DNA of 64,000 bases from Phoronis australis. Taxonomy: Eukaryota > Animalia > Phoronida. The stretch spans positions 386,964 through 450,963 of the forward strand of contig NMRA01000235.1 in assembly GCA_002633005.1 (NCBI GenBank). Reading direction: 5' to 3'. The position numbers and the translations under genes are program-made. The notes under the pieces are model-generated. The model searched no databases and was not told the origin of the DNA. It saw nothing but the letters and a program-made list of their open reading frames with translations. Shown piece by piece: positions 38,772 through 50,500 of the stretch. The stretch's first letter is position 1. The number at the start of each line of letters is the position of its first letter.

Positions 38772-38792
38772 GCAGCAGCAGCGGCAGCAGCA

Positions 38793-38823
<31 letters not shown>

Positions 38824-41448
38824 GAGCAGCAGCAGCAGCAGCAGCAGGAGCAGCAGCAGCAGCAGCAGCAGGAGCAGCAGCAGCAGCAGAATCAGCAGCA
38901 GCAACAACAATTAGAGGCAGTATTTTTATTACAACAAAATACAGCAGTTACAACACTATGAACAGTATTTTGATTTCAATTTAAAGTAATTACTATTGAT
39001 CACCACCCCATCACACTCCTATTGTTAAGTAACTTTTGATTCAGAAGATAAATCTTCAGATTTTTCTAATTCTTTGCTTAACGTACTTATCTCAAAGGGC
39101 AATTAAATTCAAAAAAATAAAAAAATAATACTAAATTACGTAATACATATCATGGCATAATATTCAAATCCTTTCTGTCATCAAACTGGAAACCTTTCTG
39201 GGCACAATTTTGCACAACGGCGGAGACCAATCTTCGACTATTTCCGTCTATTTCCGTGATCAGATATCCTGTGTGGCAGTCTGGGAACGATTCCTGAATA
39301 CCGATCATGTTGTCATTGAAGAAATATTGACATCAACGTGAGCGTAAATGCCTTGTTACCTTGTTTGGATGTTTTAATTCTCTTTTTGGTTCTTTTCATA
39401 AAAATGATTATTCATTGTCCAAATTTTACCCGTTCTTTCATAGGCGGCTTTGGTTGGGACCAGCCCCCCCCCCCTTGGCTGCCGCAAGCAAAATGAAACC
39501 GCAGCAGCAACAGCGTGAAGCGTGAGGAAATATTGAATTCAGTAAATAGAACCGGTAGCGGATGAGGGGGGTGGCTCAGACCTCAGACCGCGGCGGAATC
39601 GTGTCCTCGATTTTTATTTAGTCCACCGATAGATTTTCTGAACAGAAGGTCCACATCGCCGACCCCCGAAACTTTCATGTGTATCTGCAATCACGCTTTG
39701 CCCAATTCTCTGAGGCACATGTTGGCACCCCCTTTATGGTATCGTAGATCCTCTGCTTTCTTTGCATATAAGAAATGGTATTCAAACAGTACACACCATG
39801 GATTTTTGCACATTTCGACTAAATGTATGACGTAACATTTAGCCAAATCCATTATTATTTTGTGTCATTAGTTCGAAATTTTGATTTCTCTTTCAATTTT
39901 GCCAATTTTCCCGCCATTTGACATCATGGGTTGAACACAAGAGATCAGCGACTAGCATTGAACAACGGCGGAGAGTAGGGAATTTGAAACTGACAACGAT
40001 TATGAACAAGAAATGAACAAATACTATGTAAAAATGTACGAGAATGGTGGCCAGGATGACGGAATGGGGTTGCACGAAAGCGAGAACGAGTTTGATATGT
40101 TTTCAGCTGCGTACTTTTCAACTTTGAGGCCTTACGAACNACTGCATTAATCACTGTCATGTTAGAGTCTTCCAGAAAGTTCCACACTATACTGTAGTAA
40201 ACAAATTACATCATCATTGTACTTAACTCAGGGGTCATGCCAATCAAACAGAATAACAAAACAAAACAATGCAACTAAAAATACTGTCAGACTATATTCT
40301 GACAGACGAAGATCATGAAGATAAATTTGGGTTTTGAAACTTTCGTCTGTGTAAGTATTTGTCTTTAAAATTGAGGAATAAGTATAAAAATAATACATAG
40401 TTAGCGAAAACCAAATAGTGTGAAACAACATAGCCTAGGACAACTCGATTGATCAAAAGACTGGTCAGAATGCGAAAACTCTTTCTAGTTAAATAATATA
40501 AGCCATGTCACCTGCAGATATAGATCCTATGTTGTCTAGAAAAAAGTGCTTACAAAAGTTGTTTTGCCACCAATATAGAATACATCTTGATTAATATTTA
40601 TCCATGGCAATAAAGTCAAGTGAGAATACACTCTTTCACTCACTTCTGTTGCTTCCTAATTTTTAGAACGTTTAAATGTTATTATAAATATAGGTACGTT
40701 TATTTATACCAAGTACGTCTTTCTAAATGTTGCGATTAGTTTAAGAAGACACTTATGTATCTTTCTAAGCTGTTGATTCTCTAACCACTTTTTTGTGAAT
40801 GTGACTTCGTAACAATTTGCATACGATATTTAAAAAAATGTCGTAACTAGTTAGTTCAACGCGATTTTTTTCATTGCAGTCTATGGAGATTCACTCGTTT
40901 TTCCGACGAAGCTGCCCGGATGTTACTCGGATGGCGAAGTGCGTGTACTTGAGTTCGCATACGAGAGTAATGACAACAACCACGCCATGTGTAGACTGAA
41001 GTGTGGCGAGAAATTTAAGGTAAAACCTCACAAGTGGTGAACCTGTGCTTCTTGTTGTCAGTTATTAGAGACGCAGTGTTTGCATGGTGTAAAACTACCC
41101 CATCACTAGGTCACCAAGGAAAAACACTGTGTAATGATTAGTGAGAAGACGTCACGGGGCGTCACTGTTAGTATTGTATTTCAAGTAACGTCTCTCGTAA
41201 TTTACCAATTTTGACAAAGAGAGGTTACAACTGTTTTCATTGTTTTAATGATGGTTAAAGACAGGGATGTGGCGACAGATCAGATGAAACGTAGAACTGA
41301 GATCTTGCCAAGTTTCGATATTGCGAACGTGGTTATATTGATTGCATACATGTACACTGTACACAATGTATAAACTGTAGTTCGTAGCGTGCATAACGTA
41401 AAACTGGTTAATCTGTGTGTACGTACACGGGGCTTGTGATCTTTTGTT

Positions 41449-41542
<94 letters not shown>

Positions 41543-44500
41543 GAGCAGCAGCAGCAGCAGCAGCAGGAGCAGCAGCAGCAGCAGCAGCAGGAGCAGCAGC
41601 AGCAGCAGAATCAGCAGCAGCAACAACAATTAGAGGCAGTATTTTTATTACAACAAAATACAGCAGTTACAACACTATGAACAGTATTTTGATTTCAATT
41701 TAAAGTAATTACTATTGATCACCACCCCATCACACTCCTATTGTTAAGTAACTTTTGATTCAGAAGATAAATCTTCAGATTTTTCTAATTCTTTGCTTAA
41801 CGTACTTATCTCAAAGGGCAATTAAATTCAAAAAAATAAAAAAATAATACTAAATTACGTAATACATATCATGGCATAATATTCAAATCCTTTCTGTCAT
41901 CAAACTGGAAACCTTTCTGGGCACAATTTTGCACAACGGCGGAGACCAATCTTCGACTATTTCCGTCTATTTCCGTGATCAGATATCCTGTGTGGCAGTC
42001 TGGGAACGATTCCTGAATACCGATCATGTTGTCATTGAAGAAATATTGACATCAACGTGAGCGTAAATGCCTTGTTACCTTGTTTGGATGTTTTAATTCT
42101 CTTTTTGGTTCTTTTCATAAAAATGATTATTCATTGTCCAAATTTTACCCGTTCTTTCATAGGCGGCTTTGGTTGGGACCAGCCCCCCCCCCCTTGGCTG
42201 CCGCAAGCAAAATGAAACCGCAGCAGCAACAGCGTGAAGCGTGAGGAAATATTGAATTCAGTAAATAGAACCGGTAGCGGATGAGGGGGGTGGCTCAGAC
42301 CTCAGACCGCGGCGGAATCGTGTCCTCGTTTTTTATTTAGTCCACCGATAGATTTTCTGAACAGAAGGTCCACATCGCCGACCCCCGAAACTTTCATGTG
42401 TATCTGCAATCACGCTTTGCCCAATTCTCTGAGGCACATGTTGGCACCCCCTTTATGGTATCGTAGATCCTCTGCTTTCTTTGCATATAAGAAATGGTAT
42501 TTAATGCATAATCATAAGTTTCTGAATTACTTCGCATATCCAGTATCCAACGCTCGGCTACTGAGGTCAGGCCGACTCATCGCGACGGTTCGTCACTTTT
42601 TAACAACAGTACCCGTTTGGGTAATAAATTAGAGGAAAGAACTTTCTTGATCAACAAGCGTCTTATCTTTATCGCTGTATTGTGAAACTGATGCTAAGTA
42701 CCAGCCTGAAGTGAACAATTGCCGTGTGACTGCGGCGGACGTGTGAGCGAAGTGCGTACTTGACAGCACTGCTTCACTGGTCGTTAAAAAATTAAATTAA
42801 AATAAATCCACATACGGTGATGTTTCAACAAACAACAACACGCTTTATCTGAAAACGGTGAGCTCCTCAGATTTAAATAATTAATCACCATCGCCGAGCA
42901 ACTAGAACTCTGCGAAAAACTTATAACTGCCAAAAGGCGGTAATACATGGACCTAACAGGCACCATGGCAAGTTTTCCGACTGAAGTTTTTTCACCACCT
43001 AACGGTATTCTGTTGGCAGTCATAACGGGAAGTTGCGAGAGACAACCCCTGGTGTCTTAGTCTCCGTTTAAATTAAATTTTGATATATCTGCAATTTAAT
43101 TGTCAGGATATTCTAACTGTATAGCAGTTTTAGTCAATTATTTTGATGATACATGTTCGTTGTTCTGTTTATATTGTTTTGTTTACCAGAGTTATGGTTA
43201 CACCCAGTAAAACACGTTTAGCTAGCCTAGTTCGCCATAGTCACTGCTTTGTTCTTCAGTCGTTGGCACAGGACTCTTAAGACCGTAATTTTATGCAAGT
43301 GTCGGAAACTATCTTAGTTTATATAAGGCATTGATGATTTAAACCATTTATTCCGATAAAACAGCCGGGGACGGCATGCCTTCGTCTCGATCGGTCGGCA
43401 CCAGGTCCTGGGCTGCTGGTCCGAGTGGGGAAAATAATCTCTGTCTTAATTGATTTTGCCTCATTTTATCAACATTTTCAGTATACATTGTCTCTATTTT
43501 GGTTTCATCAAAGTTAAGGTCCGCTGTCGTTTATTTTGTCCCCGTTTGCCTACTGGTAACTGACACTGCTCCAGTTGCTGAGGGGGCGTATTTAACACTG
43601 GGTTCCTGAGTTTACTTTTCTATGGGTTTCGTGGTTAGTTCAGAATGGCGGTGTGTTCTTGGGTAGGAATCGTGTGTGGCACGTTTATTTAAACTTGTTA
43701 CACATGATACATGCATACAGACACTAACTGAGGTCCTGCTTTTTGTGTATAAAAATGTGTGGTACCTGAGACTCTCTTCTCTACACGTAAGATATGAATC
43801 AAATGAATTTTCCAACAGAAATACGCAGCTGTGCAGAACGGAAGACAGTGTTTCTGCGGCAACCTCTTCACTCTTGGTAGCTCCCTTCAGCCAGATTCCA
43901 AATGTGATATGAAGTGCCCTGGTGCATCAGCACAAAACTGTGGCGGTAAATGGTTTAACTGGGTCATGCGTTCGATCTTACCAGGTAAGGATACAATTTG
44001 TAATGCCTTGAAGTGTTCTTGATTGAGAAGCCAGAAATTAATAAATCGCTACGTTACCGGCAATATACTAATTGACCGGGCACCGAGGCAAAGTTTGAGC
44101 GCATGCTGATTCAGTATTTGCTGACAGAAAGCTGTTGTAAAACACAATAGTTCGATTTTATATCCTATGGTAAGATGTTAGGGAATCTTTACTTAGATAT
44201 TCATGAACTTTATTCGAATCAGTGTGTACTGTACAACTTTTGTCGGGACGGTGGCTGTGGAAGGCTAACCCGACTTCACGGAGCCCGACGACCTAGTAAG
44301 TAGGTTTGCAGTTTCGCGGCGAATTCAATAAAATAATCACACGCACACTTTTTCTTTGGCTGACTAGTATAGTCTAGTTTAGTTTCCAACTTTGGCTGGT
44401 ATATATTCGTGATGTGTTCAGTCCAGCCGCGGCGATGGGCCTGATCGGGTTCCGAGCCACTGGCCGGTATAGCAGCTGCGTTTTGTGTGTTTAGATTTGA

Positions 44501-47500
44501 AAAAATCGCGTCTAAAATTACAACACACAGCTATTTTCTCATGGCTGTATTTCACGGGCGAATAACTTGAATTTACTCTGTGTATTTGAAAGCGTTTTAC
44601 ATTACATTTTGACGATTTATTGATGTAAATGATGAATTCAAGCGATAAGCTGACACTAGCAAGCGTGTTGTGAACTGCTGTAGCCTACAGTCTGCACTCG
44701 AAACTCTGGCGTCATTGGTTAATTTTAACATCTCCGTCTGCCGTCAAGTGTCAGGTAAAAGAGCTGTATCTGCTGCTATCGAGTGGAACTACTCGATCTA
44801 AATTGATACAAACTAATTTGTTTTTGGTGACATTCTCCTTTAACACTGGTATCCATTTGAAAAAGATCCTCAAGATACATGTCGAATTATTTTTGCCAAA
44901 AACCGCACGAATCTGTTAGTTTTGGCAGACATCCACAAATATCCAATGAAAACACATCGTTTGGCTCCTACAGTGTACATTCCAAGATCTTTCCAAAGCA
45001 TCGAAAAGCGAAAGTTAAACCATCAAGTTTACTGTATATGCGTCCACCACACTGGCATTTTACCTTACGTGAATTAAGTCGTCAATATGACCTGGAACAT
45101 TCTTATGTTGGGTAGCTTATTTCATGATTGTAAACCGTATTTTGTGGGATTATCTTTTCATAGTACTTTACCTTAACATAATAAGTCTAAGTAGCAGGAT
45201 GCGTGATATCAACTCACGGGACTTTGACATAGAAAGCTGGTTTACCTGTATATTGTCTGCCGAAAACACTCCTGTTGATATATTTGTCTCAACTAGGCTG
45301 TTCACCTAAACTTCTTATCTCCAGCCTTACCCGGATGCTTTGGTGATAGTGTTGAGCGCGATCTGGAGCACCATGCATACACATCGTCAGGAAACACGAA
45401 TGACTTGTGCCGGGATGAATGCGGAAATTATGGATACTTATTCGCCGGTACACAAAATGGCAGGGAGTGCTGGTGCGGCAACCGATACGGGAAGCACTGG
45501 AAGAAACCTGACGAGGAGTGCAATATGCCGTGTCCAGGTACTGTGGGACAACTCTGCGGTGCTAAACATCGGAACTGGGTCCAAAAGGCCAAGCGAGGTA
45601 GTATATGTCATTGGTTATTAATTTAATGCTAGATACGACCGCAATCATTGGAAAACATGTATTGGTCATTTCTATAATGAACCTGTGTCCAAAAATTTTT
45701 CCAGGTGTCTTTTTGGAAACAAAAACTGCCGGAAACTTGTATTGTTACACGGATATCTGTCGGTAACTTTGCTACTGTTTTTAAAATAGCCTGACAACAC
45801 TTCCGCTGACAACAGTACTTGTAACTTTATGGCAGGACCTTTTAAAGACAAGTAATGAAAATGAAAGCATTTGCTATCCAGCCCATTCTTCAGTTGTCCT
45901 TGACGTGCGCGTTGAGTCCTAAAGAACCTTGTGTGTTTAATTGTATGATTTTTTCCGAAATGCCCACATAGGAGCTTTATGCAAGCAGACGCTCTTTCTG
46001 AATTTCCAGGTAAAAAGAAGGTGGCTTCATTAATTTAAAAATGTGACTTTTGAATAAGAGCGTGCGTCGTACAAATGGAATCAATATTCAGGATGCGTCC
46101 AGTGCCAGATTGGCATTTGTTCCAGACAGCGTCAATTTCCACCATTGACCATCAAAGTAGAATCTACACATATTGGTTACGTAGGTAGACCAAGTCTAAT
46201 CTTCTCAACTCTCCATGGAGTATATTCCAGCCATTGCCCTCAGCAGGTGTCCATCAGAAGTAGTTGGAACCACACGCCGTGCGTAAAATGCTTTAATCCC
46301 GACGAACGTCCAGACATACATGTATGTTCGAAGTCGAGCAGGCCACGCTCCTTAGGACAGCGTTTCTTGAAACGATGCGCATGACTCACGACCAAAACTT
46401 TGCTCAGTTTAAGACGAAAATGTGGGCCCTGTTAAGAATGAATACAAAAACTCCGAAGACTTTTTATGAAAAAAGGGTTTTTTCCTTGAAACTAAGTAGT
46501 TTTTTTACATCTGTTGTCTGTTGAGTGAAATAAAGTTTCAAGAACAATTTTGTCATGAAAATATAAAAAAGAATTGTATTGACAATATTTAGATTGTAGA
46601 CAATTATAAATTTCTCAAGAAAATATGTTGCTCTATAGTTTACAGTAACGGTAGTCGTAGATTTCGGCTTTTAGACCTTAGCAGGCTAACCTTCTGTGTT
46701 AGCTTAGATTTCGGTCTTAATTTTCGTCTTTTAGAAATTTTATAAAAGAAGCTATTACACATTGGCAGATGTTAGTCTCAGTTTTGACAGAAAACAGTTT
46801 TATGAAGCGGCCCTGTGGTCGATGTGTTAGTTACTTTGGGATGCACATTTACGTCAATCGTTACCAAGTTCGGGATAACTTCTTTCCAGAATTTTGGCAT
46901 TTTCCTTAACAGGTGTCTACAATATAATGTGATGCCACAACATCAATAGCTACCTAGTACCCTGTAAGGTAAGGTTCCTCACAGCAAGTGCCCGCGCCAT
47001 CTTAATTTGTTTATTTTCCAGTTTTCGCATTTAACTGGAAAGAGGTAATGGTCTCACAAAAGATTTAAAATTTCAAGTGTTTCCACCTCTGAGATTCAGT
47101 ACTCCAGCTCTTTCAGAAGACGAATCTGATCCCGTATGTAGCCGAGGCCGTGTTCTATTCGATCAAAGGGTGTTGCCGCAAGGAGGCACTGCACAAGTTC
47201 TATTGTACACACACGCAGTCAATGAGCGGTGGCAAAATTTGTAGTAAGAGTAGTTGCGGAGTAATTTACTTTTCCCCTTAAGCCAACATTCATTTAATTA
47301 CTAATTTAAGATTAATGGATGATCATAATTTCAAAATTAGGAAATAATGCAGTTTAACAGGTAAAAGACTAGGAGAGCTTATGGATAATAGTTATACACA
47401 AACCAGTTGCGAATAGTGCACTCAAATTCGTAACTTTCAAAACAATTGTTCTCAGTCGTTCTTTTTCGGGATGCGTGAAAGTTTGTTGTTGGTGTTGGAT

Positions 47501-50500
47501 ATGAAGTATTGCAGAAATAGCTTAAAATTTTCAGCTTTGAATACCACCTGTGTGTTGGCATCCTTTGAGTGGCTTGTGGGGTATCATGGTTGCTTTACCT
47601 GTCATCGAATTTTTTTAACAAAATCCCAATATACCTTACAATTTTTGGAGACATTGTTAGGTCGAAGATAATTTATATTTTAGATTTGTTTTGTCATTTT
47701 AATTAGTTATTGCATTCTGTTGCACTGTTACTTGTAACACTTAAACGTCTTACGTGTTATTTGATTTTCTGAACGACCTGTCCAGGTTAATTCCTTTGTT
47801 TATTTCTGACTTAATATTGTTGACAAACCACGCTCTATTCTTGTTTTTATCGTTTTCATACATGATGGGTACTGCAGTCTAGTATGTGGAAGAATGATTG
47901 TGTGAATATTGAGACTGTGTCATTCATGTCACCTTTATCTATTATTTCACTAAAGCTAATTGTGGTTATGTCGATGCTCAGTTCGTTCATTTTAATGAGT
48001 TCGTAATTTCATTTTTTTGCAATGGATTCTTTTGGTGCGTAGTAGAGTGGGATTGTTGTTTCTATAAGGTGGTGGTATCACAGAAGTGGATTCAAGTAAT
48101 CGAAGATTGTTTGTACTAAATATGTATCAACGCACGTGTTTAAAACCAGTGATGTAAATTTAAAACCTCCGAAAACAACCAGTCAATGAGGTGGCAAAAT
48201 AGAACACTACTAACGATATCTTTCATTATCCCATACGCGTTGAATCTGTCGATGGAAATACGGCCATGTAATGAAGTTTTCTTTATTCACCTCCCGGACT
48301 ACTTCAAAACTGTTTAACCTCAGACACCGAAAATTCAAAAGGTACATGTAGGTCAATGTCGACTCGACAGCCGGTTGGATCATCAAACTTTTGGAAAATA
48401 GATTAAAGTAATACAATTATAGCAGTGTAAATAACGCTCACATACAACTAGGTTTCAATCTTAACATATGAAATAGTACTGTTAAATATGTCACCGTTCT
48501 GTCTCAGTTTTCATTTGCTAAATATTTTATCGTCTGCAACTCAAGCACCGATTCCTCGGTAACTAAAATATCGAATATTGTTGTTATTTTACTTTTTTCA
48601 CGAAACGTAACAAGTTCAATAAAAAGTTACCCTTCATTCTTTTAAGTAATAAATCCTCACAATTAAAGCTGTTTCTTTTACTAGAGAAAACTTGCAGTCT
48701 AACGCGCAAGTACATACATATAGGATGTGATCCGCCACGTGAACAGTCTGAGTGAAGCGTTTAAAAAATCTTTGGAAAATGAGAGAAAGTTAGGAATTCG
48801 AAGCGTATGGGATAAATACTTTATTCTGCGAAGGTCTCGGTCTCGGTCGATACGCGGAATGATGGTTTGAAGCAATCTAAAGTTCACCACAAGGTGACAG
48901 GTCCATCTGAACCAGTGATGGTTTTTTATCGTGGAATACATGGAACTGAGATATTGTTTTCCTAATGCACATCTTCTTTAGAGGAAGAACTATAGGTGGT
49001 TTCATAATAGGTCACATAGCAATATCACTTTAGCTAAGGTTTGCCTGAGCAAAATATACCCCACGTTCACGTGAGCTCATTTTGCGGGTCGATAAGAAAG
49101 TCTAACCAAATTCAGTTGTCTGCAAGATGGATAGGCTAGACATGTCAGTGAAGAATCTTAATAAAGCGGCAACTACAACCCCACGGTGACTTTTATTCAG
49201 CAGGTATTCTGCCGGCGTTTTTCATTTTCGGTCGTGTCAACATCAATTCTGGCCCCTGAGTTTTAAATCAAGCAATGCTAGGGATTTATTTGATCGTTGT
49301 CGTTCCTCAAAACCTCTGTTGTCCTTATTCTATTTCCTGAATCCAATATTGAATCATATGTTGTCGGATTTAATTCCACGGGGGATATCCATACAATGGC
49401 ATTTAATAGTGGATGGTTTCACCAATTCTACGCACATATTTGGTTCATTTTCTTGTCAAAAGCCCAATCTTGTTCGCAAAATAATAGTGTTTCTTTCAGA
49501 GCGGGCAGTGACGTGCTTGACCAGTCAGTTTGGGCTGAAATACAAGGGTAAGTCGTCGTGGAGTTTGTTCGGTAAGCGATGCACACGATGGAGCGACATC
49601 TATGAAAGGAACCTTGCGATTGGTGATGACAAAAGCAACAGCTACGTCAAGAAAACCAGGCCCTTTTACAAAAGAATGAGTACAGAAGACAAGAATACAA
49701 ACTACTGTAGGAATATCGACTCAGGTGCCAAAGGACCGTGGTGCTTCACAGACTCCTATTTGCTCACTTGGGATTACTGCTTCATCCCCATTTGCACACA
49801 CGTTGGTAAGAACTCCATCTGCAAAGGTGACCCTACAATTCCTACCCATCACTAAGGACTAGCAATTCATTCAGGTCAATGATTGCTGTAGCAAAATGTC
49901 TTATACAATGTATGTATTTTCATTTTTGAAAGATGAAGTATCGTAGCACCAGGACGTATGGACTCTTCAAGAGGGGAGATAATGAAGAGAAGACAATTTA
50001 TATCCATGGACTCGTTGTCCAACACATATCCTAGGAGGTAAACACTACCTGCCTATGTGCAGCCTTCAGTCACGTGACACTCAAACTGTTGGAATAAACT
50101 CCTTGCATAACTAAAGTTTACACATGCGCAGATGACGTTCACCTCCAAGGGTAAATTTGAGGGTACGATAATCCGTTTGCCCTCCATTTGTTACTGTTGT
50201 TCCTGGGTTTTCTTCAATTTTATTCTCATTCTTATTCTTATTCTTATTATTATTCTTCTTCTTATTCTTCTTCCGACCAACTTTGAGGCTTAATAACTCC
50301 AAATTGGGTGCAGGTACGGTCTTTAAATTCAGCATATGACATTTGACAGTATATAAATTTTGACTGGTTATATAATCATTTTCCATATTGCACCGAAAGA
50401 GGTCGTTTGGTGCAAAGGTCATATAATTTTCAAAATGCTACTCCTCCTTCAGTTTTAAACCTATCTTTTTCAAATTCGGTGCACAGGTATAAGTCAACAT

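Larger units (their letters stand above)
37359..42501. repeat. About 2.4-kb duplication (37359-39782 and 40141-42501) joined at a single n, probably uncollapsed haplotypes
   Basis: Near-identical copies that include exon 2 and the CAG tract. Confidence 0.85.

Noticed and set aside
38696-38961. Poly-Q, poly-S and poly-L ORFs (also 41415-41680)
   Set aside because: These are translations of an intronic CAG microsatellite. They have no supporting splice context and do not fit the gene model.
40880-41019. Duplicated exon 2 as a real tandem or mutually exclusive exon
   Set aside because: It is near-identical including introns and the block starts at an n. Including both copies would break the frame (phase 1-0). 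Most likely an allelic assembly duplicate.
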